A DNA stretch of 64,000 bases, taken from positions 3,943,347 through 4,007,346 of the forward strand of contig BCIN01000001.1 in NCBI GenBank assembly GCA_039545335.1, written 5' to 3'. Source of the DNA: Kondoa subrosea (taxonomy: Eukaryota). Of this stretch, positions 1 through 9,482 are shown piece by piece; the stretch's first letter is position 1; every line of letters begins with the position of its first letter. The translations under genes and the position numbers were made by a program. The notes beneath the pieces were generated by a model, which ran no database searches, was not told where the DNA came from, and worked only from the letters and a program-made list of their open reading frames with translations.

Positions 1-381
1 GCATATCATGTCGCACAGGCCAACTTCTTTGGACAAAAAAGCATCGATGAGAAGCTAGGTCGAGGCAAAGACAAAAGTGGATCAAGAGGAGGTCGNGAGT
101 CGAATGGAAGATCGGATCGTGGGAGAGGGGATAGAAGAGGTGGTGGTCGAGGTAGTGGAAACAGCAGAAGAGGCAACAACCGTTCGCCAAGGAAAGACAA
201 AGAAGCCTCTTCGAAGGCAACAACGGAAATCTCAATTGCACCTTTCGAAGAGACTGCTGCTCCTGTACCTGCCAAGACCGAAGCGAAGTCTTCGTTGAAG
301 CGAGAGAGGGAAGCAGGTGAAGGCGAATCTGCTGCGAAGAAGGCGAAGACTGAAGATTCGACCAAGACGGAAAGTACATGA
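1..381 (+). CDS. 3' end of a gene (partial); RGG-rich then basic/acidic low-complexity C-terminus, possibly an RNA-binding protein
   Basis: Open frame from base 1 to TGA 379-381: AYHVAQANFFGQK...GRGDRRGGGRGSG...AKKAKTEDSTKTEST*; NLS-like KREREA...KKAK; AT-richer 3' UTR follows. Confidence 0.6.
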   Translation, partial: AYHVAQANFFGQKSIDEKLGRGKDKSGSRGGXESNGRSDRGRGDRRGGGRGSGNSRRGNNRSPRKDKEASSKATTEISIAPFEETAAPVPAKTEAKSSLKREREAGEGESAAKKAKTEDSTKTEST

Positions 382-499
382 TACAGTCTATTAGAAATCG
401 CACTTCTTCTCACCTTGTACTATTGTGCTCGAATCAGCTTTACATGCATCTGCTTCATTGAGTAGAGCCTTTACACTGTTGTCATCTTTGTCTTGTCTT

Positions 500-1800
500 T
501 TCGACTCAACGACCCTTCTCAGTCACCGCTGGTAATTGCGAAATCGGCTCAAGCTGTGGATTTCGGATCCCTAATGGATGCTGCAGCCACACGAAGAAAG
601 GGACTCGAGCTGTCTCGAATGCTTCGAAAACCTTGTGTACTTGAGCAGCAGCCGTGTGTCCAGCGTCCTTGCCGCTTGGCTCGTCTCAGTGCATACTAAG
701 CTCGCAACGTATTGATATCCCAATCAGATGCCTGCCTTCAAGAAGATTGCTCCTGTACTTTGCAAATTTCCTACGGTCGATTATGCAAATGTGTTATGCA
801 GTCATTCGGCTGTCGCAAATGTGCGCTAAGGCTACTCGCCATCGACTGTCTACCCGTCTGTATCGATTAGGCGCGCCCTGCCCTCAATCGCTTCGCGTGT
901 CATTCCGTTTCCAGCGTATTTACCAGCTTTGGGCTTTCGACTGGTTCGCTCGTCGACTTATCGCAACACTAGCTGGCTTGAGTCAGCCACACAGCTCGAC
1001 CTTGATTGACCTTCGCTTTTCAGAGGGGCTTTCTTCTTTTCCTCATTCGGTAATGTCGAGAAGAAGTCGCTCCTCACCTCTCGGTCCGCCCCGCCTTTCA
1101 GTTGGTCAGCTTCGTTTTGGTCAGATCGATGCTCTAGTTTCAGCTCACTCTCAGCTACGAACGCATCAATTACTTCCGAATAGATCTTTGGCTGACTTCG
1201 GTATTGATAACCTTGTCCCGAGTCCGGTACATCTTGTTATGCCTTGCATAACTTGTGTTGGAAAGACGGAGGTTCTCCAAGGACAGCTCTTCTCTGGGAG
1301 ATGTCTGTTCTGGACAGGTTTTTACTGAACGGGGCGGACCTTAAGACTGTCGCAAGACAGGTCTAAGGGGTGAACAGGACGACATATCTGGCTGAAGTTA
1401 AACTCTCGACTCCGGATGAACAAGCTCCCTACGCATTAATTCGAATCTACAACCGAAGCTGTCGCGTATGAAAGTAGATTCACTTCCAATCTTCACTTTC
1501 CCATGAATTTCTTTGCTGTGCTGTTCAATCTCATCAGTAGGTCACAGTGCCTCTTTAAGATCAGCAGCCGGTTCTCAACGGAGCTGGCTTGATATGAAAC
1601 GCCTTATTGATATGGCCAACTAAATCGTACAGCCCGTTATATGGGATCGTGTGCCATTTCATAGCAATAAACCATGAACCATGAGAGTATAGAAGCCGTG
1701 GTGCAATAGGGGCCAATCGAGAAGACTCCAATCGACCGAGCTGCTTCCCAGACTGAGAAATCCAGTTTCTATTATGCCAACATCGGAACAAAATACTCTC
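500..1800 (+). ncRNA. Candidate large structured non-coding RNA, class unassigned
   Basis: Many nested complementary segments (e.g. 528-540/915-927, 547-553/640-646, 1083-1093/1330-1340, 1055-1061/1404-1410, 1683-1690/1793-1800); G-U pairs favour the + strand; GCAA-capped hairpin at 1347-1360; no convincing coding or splice pattern. Confidence 0.5.
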
Positions 1801-1994
1801 GATATCTAAATCTCTTCTAATAAATAGCAGAGCCTGTGCAGTAATTCAAGAAGGCCTAGTCCAGAGCTTGAATTTTCCCTTTGTTCCGATTTTGGAAGCC
1901 TCCCTCTATTCCTTCCCATCTCTATTCATTTATCTTGGCTCTTTTGCTATCCATCAGCTACTTTGACTTATCTATCTACCAAAGACTCGCCGTC

Positions 1995-3587
1995 ATGCGT
2001 TCATCAGCTGCTATACCATTCATATTCTTCTTGATCAAAACAGCGCAAGCTGCTTTGACGGATCTGACAGCTTCTGCTGATATCACTAGTCCCGACAAGT
2101 CAATAACTGGAACAGCTAAATTCGTCTGGGATGATACAGACGGTGTACAAATCGAACTTGAGCTGAAGGGCCTGACTGATATGGATGCTGATGCTGGTTG
2201 GGCGCCTCCCGGAGCAAAGGGTGGCTATGCATATCACAGTTGGTTTCATTTCATGGCCTGTCAGATTCGAGGCTGACTTACGAGTTTTAGTACATCAATT
2301 TCCTTCTATCGCAGGCGATTGCTCGGATATAGGCGCTCACCGTTTGTTATTTCATTCCACAGCTGGCTCATATTGATTGACCTTATATGGCCTGCTCAGT
2401 TGACCCAACAGGAATCACGCCGAAAGAAGGCTATTTGAAAACTCAGAATCACGATGAGCGTGAGTAGTACTTCAATTTCGCCTTTCAACTCAAGCTCATG
2501 AATGTCTCTTATAGCATGGCTGTATCAAGAAGGCGATCTCAGCGCCCGTCATTGGGGTTTGCCTGCAACACAAAGCGGAGACAGCGGAAGTGAGCTGCCT
2601 TAAGATCCCTATGTGATTCAACAAGCGACTGACAGCTAAGACAGTGGTCTCTTATGGTGATGGATACGTCAGGTTCTGGCCCTGTGACTTCTCAATCCTT
2701 GGCCGATCAATTGCGATCCACGATTCGAAATCTGGCAAACCTTTTGCTTGCGGCAGGTATGACCTTCGCTTTATTGTTGTCGGAGTCCAGCGCTGATACT
2801 CTCGTAGTATTGTGTCTACTGTAGATGGCACAGCAGATGAGAAAGGACCCGTAGCAAACGCGAAGTCTAGCTACCAAACCGTCAGTATTTCGCTGTGAAT
2901 CAGCACGTAAGAGCTCACAAGTACCATAGTATCCTGATAGACAATACAAACCACCCAAGCAAGATCTCCAGGTGTATAGTGTGCAAGAGAAACCTGACAG
3001 TCAGTAGAACTACTTTGGCATTAGTATGAGCGCAAATACTGATTTCTTCATGCAGTCAAGCTAGTCATCGCCGATGACGGCACAAGAAGCGTAGAAGACG
3101 TTACTCCGCCTTTTAAGTGAGTTCAATCCACTATACTGTTTCTCATGATTCAATGCTTTCCTTCAGGTGGGCCAAAGGTGCCAAGCTACCTGAATGCGGA
3201 GGCCCAACGAATGGAGGTGCAGCACCTGGAGGAACGAACTCTACAAGCGATGAACCGACAAATGATGCAAAACCTTCAGACTTCAATACTCTTTCAGGCG
3301 TTGCGGCACCTTCTGGTATGGCTGGAGGAATCGTCGATAAAGGAAGCAACTCTACAAATTCTTCTAGCTCAGCCTCGGGCAGCAGTTCAACTCCATCAAG
3401 CGGTGATGGTACATCTAGCACAAACGGTACTTCAACGATTGGCGGAAGCACTAGCACGACCGGATCTACCAACGGTACAAACTCTACCACTACAGAGAAG
3501 AGCAGCGGTACGCATGTAACCGAAGGCATTCCTCAAGGCATCTTGCTCGGGATCAGCATTGCTCTGTTCTTGTTCTCTTTGGCATAG
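1995..3587 (+). CDS. Secreted, probably GPI-anchored Cu/Zn-SOD-family protein (Cu-only SOD4/5/6-like), multi-exon
   Basis: Signal peptide MRSSAAIPFIFFLIKTAQA; spliced motifs YAYH-x-HQFP, GDCSDIGAHLDP, YQEGDLSARH, ILGRSIAIH...FACG; Ser/Thr-rich stalk and hydrophobic C-terminus GILLGISIALFLFSLA. Confidence 0.85.
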
Positions 3588-3838
3588 ATATATTATTTCA
3601 CCTGTAATACAGTATCATTATTGCATTGGTATCTAGTCTGAACTTCATCATACACCGGCAAACTTCGACGCGGAGTTTCTAGTATTGTTTCTGTTCGAGA
3701 CGATCACGATGTTTGACTGCAATTGATATCCGCACAACATATACCGAGAAAGATACTGCTCCTTCCCCTTTAAGCTGTGTTTACGAGCAGCAGTAATCAT
3801 TGTCCTGCACAAGCGCAATCACTGATCAAGTGAAAGTC

Positions 3839-5221
3839 ATGTCGACGGACTTCTCGGCTGAAGCCTTCTTCAGCTCCCAATCTGCACCAGACGGCTTAGA
3901 AGAGACCTTGGCTAGTTTAGAGACTTTCATTGCGTTTCATGCACAGCAAGGTCGTAAAGTGGTGCTTGTTACTGTTAGTCAATGTCTCAAGCTTCCTGCT
4001 AGAGTGCTCGAGCCAATGTCTGCTGCTTATAATAGAGTGGAGGAACGACTGTACCGCTGGAACGCAATGTGTAGGCTTTCCCTTCTAAGGGAGTTTCCGC
4101 AAATGCTCAGACTGCTTTTATGACTGAAGTGTGCGGTTTCTCGATAATTTCAGCGCCGGTATATTCATCACCAATGGTTCAAGAGTAGACATAGCTCAAT
4201 CTCTGTGTAGGTACTCGCGGAGCTTCTTCAGCTGAACACTTTCTTCGCACCGGCCAGTATGCAGTGATTTTCATGCATCGCCAATACAGTCTTCAACCTT
4301 TCAGTCGGCATTATTCCCACTCCACACATCCTTTTCTCGACCTTATAGATATAGAAGAGCCGCAACAGCTTCATGCAAGTACTTCTTCTACGCAAAATGG
4401 CTATCTCTTTCCTCTGCTTTCTGGCGTCTCCTCACCTTCTCGTCCATCAACACCTCAAGCAGGTAGCGAATTCACCTTCTCTTCTCCCCCCAAACAATCC
4501 TTTATAACACTCCGAGAACCAAACCTTACCCCTATGTTATCGTTATTGAGGTCTTACAAATTGGTCAAAGCGAAGAATCTATTACATACAGTCACTTTCA
4601 CAACAATACAAGAATACCTCTTCATGCTCAGAGGGGTTAGTCTGTTGATGGCTAAACATCTAGGACGGAATGGATTGTATTACATGGCTGCAGCAGTATC
4701 GGATTTCTTTATACCTCAACAGAGAATGGTGAGCGTTATCAACATGAGTTTGCCAGTTATGTATTTTGACCTGGTGCATGCGCTAGGAGGAGCATAAAAT
4801 CCAGAGCGGCAAAGGATCTTTAATCATAGAAATGGATCAAGTTCCAAAAATTTTGAAACCGTTAGTGCAAGATTGGAGTCAAGAAGCTTTTGTTGTTTCT
4901 TTCAAGGTGAATGAAAACCCTGATAATGAACAAAGCATGATCATTAGCTAAAACAGTATTTACCAGCTTGAAACGGACGATAATTTGCTTATACCGAAAG
5001 CTCGAGGTGCATTAGAAAGATATGGACATCAGCTAGTCATTGGAAATACGTTAAAGAAGCGCAAGCAAGAAGTCGTCTTCGTTGAAACCGCTGGAGAAGG
5101 GCAATATAAGGAAGAATGGGTCAAGCTGTCGAGCACTCAATTGCAAGATGGATCAGAAATGGAAGAACTCATCATTGAGAGGCTTGTATCGAAACATGAA
5201 GCATGGATATCTAGAGCTTGA
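3839..5221 (+). CDS. CAB2: Phosphopantothenate--cysteine ligase (CoA biosynthesis)
   Basis: Spliced motifs VVLVTSGGTTVPLE..VRFLDNFSAGTRG, IFMHRQYSLQPFSRHYSH, YYMAAAVSDFFIP, EHKIQSG, VSFKLETD, YGHQLVIGN. Confidence 0.93.
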
Positions 5222-5490
5222 ACCAGATTAGCTGCATTAGCCACGACTGCTTTACAGTTTTAAAGATCTGGTATGTTTGACAAGCTACAGATACGTTGGA
5301 GTACTATACCTGACCTGCTATCCTTCTTTGAGTACAGAAGCTGTAACTTAGCTTGTACCTGGTAGACAGACATTCAACACAGCAAGGTGTATACAGTAGA
5401 CCATATGATGAAGCAAAAAGTACATGTAGCTAGAATACAAACTGATGATTATCAATCCACTTCCGAAACAATAAGGTTTAATGGAATATG

Positions 5491-6902
5491 TTAACCCATT
5501 CTAGCGAATGAAAGCATGATAAGAGCTCCAGCCTATGGCGAAAACGAGCGTCATACCTCTGACTTAGATCTGAAGGAGGTCGAATGGTTTGCGAGAAGGT
5601 CATGAGCCTGTGCAAAACAAGGACATGAGAAAGCTGGGGAAAAAAATTCAGCTAATCATGATTATATAGCGCACCTCTTTAAACTCTGGATGTACTTTCG
5701 AGAGACTTCGTCATTGAGCACATGAGCTACCTTGTTGCTGTGGATATTTTCTCTTGCACTAGATTCATAAGTCAGCGACGGCGACGAGAGCTTTAGAAAA
5801 GACAAAGGCTTGCCTGCGCTCGTGAATACCAACCATAGTAACTCCGATAGGCCAAGGAGCGTTTCCGATAGAGAGTTTCAAGTACGCATCGTTTGCTTTA
5901 AGGTATTCTCTAATTTGCATATTGTAAACGATTTCCGCTATTGATGCCAAAACGTCTGGTTCGAGTTCTCTTTTCCTTAGTGATTTAAAGAGAGGTTTGA
6001 GGTATTCGCCGGATTGAACTTGAGTTGCTGCCGCTAGTTTACCCTGAGTTGAGCGACGAACATGTTCTGGTCTGTCGAGCATGAATTGTTCCCATTCTTT
6101 CAGGACTTTCTACAGGGTTGTCGTACAGGCTCAGCATATGTGGAATGTCTGGGAGGGAAGGAAAGAAACATACTTTGAGAGCAAAGTAAATTTGGGGATA
6201 GAGTTTGTGAGGATTCGTTTTGATGAGATCCAAATCCACAATAGTATCACCATCTTCTTTAACTTTCACATCCTTCGTTGCATTATCTTCCACACCAGAG
6301 CTTTCCGCTGACCCGTCACCTCCGTTACCCAAAGCAGCTTCAGCTTTCAATCTTCTGACCACATCACTATCTACTTTCCCTCTTCGGGCCAATTCATCCA
6401 ACACCGCGTTTCCATCATCCATTTCTTTCAGGGCCTTCATAAAATCATTCCTTTGACCTGCAGAAGAAGCATCCCTCGTTCTACCTTGCAACAACTCCAA
6501 AGCTCTTAATCTCAACCTTCGATCTTTATCGGATTCAGCAAACAAACGAATAGGTTGATTTTTAGCTCGAAGTCTTTTAACTGCTTCTTCGTTTGATACT
6601 TGAAACTTCTCTGCTGTATTGCTAGAGTCCGAAGTAGAGAGTAGTTTCTGTACAGCTTCATTTGTAGCTTCAGAAACGGTAGGAACTGGTGATCCAGTTC
6701 TGGCCGTCGTTGGTGGAATAGCAGAAGAAACAGGAGAAGCAGAACGAGAAGCAGCAGCAGCTCTTGAATCCAGCTTTGCCTTTTCCAAATCCACCCGTTT
6801 CACATATTTCGTTGGCTGTTGTTGGTCTGAATCTTCCGATGCTGCTACAGGTGTTGCGGTCTCTTTACGTTTACGCTCGATTTCTGCTTTGAGTCGATTC
6901 AT
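5491..6902 (-). CDS. PRP18: Pre-mRNA splicing factor Prp18
   Basis: PRP4-like motif RLRAKNQPIRLFAESDKDRRLRL; Prp18 domain [51 protein letters not shown]; introns near 3' end. Confidence 0.95.
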
Positions 6903-6972
6903 GTTCGTTCCAAGCAAGTAAGTTGGCCGCGAGGGGTTGACCTGCACCGACCGAGAATATTCAATACAAAAG

Positions 6973-7926
6973 ATGTCTGTAAGTTGTGGCTATCTGTTCT
7001 GCTGTTCACGTATCAAGCAAGCAACGAGAGGAGTCAAGCGAGAGATGCCCAGGGCTGTTGCCCGTTTTCAAAAGCAATAATCGAACTTTGGCCTGCTACT
7101 TGGGAGTCTTAGCTGCATTGTGCCGCTCCTCTGGCCTGCACCTGTACATCCTTCTGCGGCAAATCGAGCACCAAATCAGTCCTACCACAGAAATCTCGCT
7201 TATTTCCCGATCATCCCATTTCAAGCGAATACAGATGAACAGGAGCTGACTTGTATCTTTGTGTGATAGGACTCGGAATCTGATGTTCAACCTAAGAACT
7301 ACGTTCTGCAAACCGCAGGCTTTGATGCCCGATTCGTGAGTTTCCGGGATCCAGCTATGAATGATCCTGTTCTGAGCCTGACTTGGGACTTACAGCCTAA
7401 CACAAACGTTAGTATCTTCTGCTCGTCCTGTCGACTTCGACTCACGAAGCTTCATGGTACTAACAGCAAACTAAACATTGCGTGCGTTTGACGGGTTTAA
7501 AGATTGAGGTTGTTCTCATTCTTTGATCTCCCATATGTACAGTGGCAAAACGTACGCTACTAATCCTCGTATGTCAACATTCAGCTAATCCGTCCAACAG
7601 TATGTAGATTATTACCGATGCATCAACGCAAAGGGCGAGGACTTCAAGCCATGCAAGCAGGTGCGCGACATTCTCTTTCAGCTCAATCTCGAGCTGACGG
7701 AGTCGTCGAATCACAGTTCTTCAGAACTTTCCACTCACTTTGCCCTAATGAATGGATCGGTTCGTTTCTCTCAGCTTATTCCACTGAAGGGATGTACGCT
7801 AAAGGAGGAGCAAACAGCTCGGTTCGATGAACAAAGAGAAGGCGGAAACTTCCCTACTGTAAGCTATATCTTGTCACTTCGCTTGCCAAGCTGATTCTGG
7901 TAACAATGCTGCAGGTTCTGGAATAA
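6973..7926 (+). CDS. COX12: Cytochrome c oxidase subunit 6B, 9 coding exons
   Basis: Spliced product MSDSESDVQPKNYVLQTAGFDARFPNTNQTKHCWQNYVDYYRCINAKGEDFKPCKQFFRTFHSLCPNEWIARFDEQREGGNFPTVLE with twin Cx9C/Cx10C. Confidence 0.93.
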
Positions 7927-8074
7927 TTTGGCAAGTGGGTTTGAAGATAGCATGCAGTAATGGTTAGGATAGATGGAAATGCATGTTTCATAAGCTCGCA
8001 TAGCTTTGCCGTAACCATTGTATAGCTGGATCACTTTGACTCCAAGGCTCGTCTCATAACAACGCTTTCACAAG

Positions 8075-8824
8075 ATGCTCTGGCAGATGCTCTCGCGACT
8101 TCAGCGAACCGTGCTGCAAACGTACATGCGCTCTAATGCTGTGCATCCTCAAGTCCAGCATTGGCAGGCCTTCCATTCGTCCGTCTTTCTTACCATTCAA
8201 TGTATTTCGTGCTGACTTTCGCCCAGCTTCCCCTGCGTACCAGCTCCCTCACCTCGTTCTACAACAAATAGGCCACGTCGAGCAACTCAATCGCTACAAG
8301 CAAGTCTAATGGAACAACATTACACTCAACCCACAACACCTTCTTTATTTCCCGAATCAGCAGACTCTATCCCATTTGACGCCATAACAGCTTATATCGA
8401 ACTCCGAGATTCTCATCCATTACATTCAAAAGATCCTAGCCCCTTCGCTCAATTATCACCTTTATGCGTAGCCAAAATGTCTTATGATCTAGTTGTGGAT
8501 TCTTTTGAACATTATCCTTTGATCATTCATAGCTTAAGAATGGATTTATTACATTCTCCACTTCCTCAAAGAAGTGCAGGCTTGAAAGCTGTTAAAGAAG
8601 GTTTACAAGTTTTGCAAGGAAAGACGATTGTTCAAGGTGTTCAAGAGAGGATCGAAAGTCAGTTGGAGTGGTTAGCTACTGCTACGGGAAATGTTATGGT
8701 AGAGCAGAAGAGGAGACAAAAGAAGTTTGGGAAAGCATTCAATAGAGTTAGGGAGTTGTTGGAAAGGTCGTTTGAGGAGCAAGAGCGGGAAGAATTGAAG
8801 GTTGCGCTGGGAAGCAAGGTGTAG
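8075..8824 (+). CDS. Hypothetical protein (possible mitochondrial presequence)
   Basis: Long 3' exon ORF 8309-8824 with natural composition; upstream ATG 8075 (MLWQMLSRLQRTVLQ) followed by GT...AG introns; start uncertain. Confidence 0.55.
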
Positions 8825-9482
8825 GAACAAAGAAAAGCAATCGAGAACATGTGGGTTTGAGAGATGCGGAAGTTGTAGAATGTGCTAGGAATGGTCAGTT
8901 CAAGTTAGGTATGCTCATTGATCCAATAAGGTGCTGAATGACGCTTACTCTTGCCAGGGCAGTCTTTGTCAATGTACTAGCTCTTCACTGTACATTGTCG
9001 AGCATCAAGAGCAGCAGGCATGTTCAGACTCTGAACAACTGGCAAAGATTGGTCTATTGAAGGCAACATGCGGAACGCTGTATCAATAGGAGTGTATAAG
9101 AGTGTATAACCATTACAAAGAGAACGAAGAGTAAGCTATATAACAGTAGATCAAATGTAGTGTTCAATGGCAGCCAGGAAGGGATGCACGGACAATTGAG
9201 ATCCGGGCTACTCGTTACAACGAAGCATTCTCTAGATCTGCTTTGTACCAGATCGTACGCGTAACTTATGCTGGTACACACTGAGACGCAAAGACATTAA
9301 CCAAAGCGAGAGAAAGAAAGAACAGCCAAGGTACAGCAGAAAGGAACAATGATCACTGCGACTTTCTTAGCTATTTTGCTTTGTTTGATGCTATTCACAT
9401 TTCGATTGCCGAGATACATGTTGCTCAAGGGTTTCCCTGTATTAAAAATGTCAATACCGACTGTGAGTGACAGTTGTTCGAC

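Noticed and set aside
6..413. Minus-strand 135-aa ORF and similar antisense ORFs (3143-3529, 6619-6921, 24184-24546, 27809-28123)
   Set aside because: Antisense shadows of low-complexity coding exons on the other strand.
567..578. CCCTAA as a telomerase template
   Set aside because: Only one repeat unit, located in a short hairpin (ATCC-CTAAT-GGAT), with no downstream pseudoknot recognised.
531..600. Group I intron P/Q-like words (AATTGCGAAA, GCAGCCA) and RNase P CR-I-like GAAATCGG
   Set aside because: No matching R/S (P7) elements or convincing P4 partner; these bases are already explained by the 528-547/905-927 helix.
654..1328. 224-aa ORF in the first intergenic gap
   Set aside because: Non-ATG start, atypical R/L/S-rich composition, no motifs and no introns in an intron-rich genome; better explained as a chance frame over a structured RNA.
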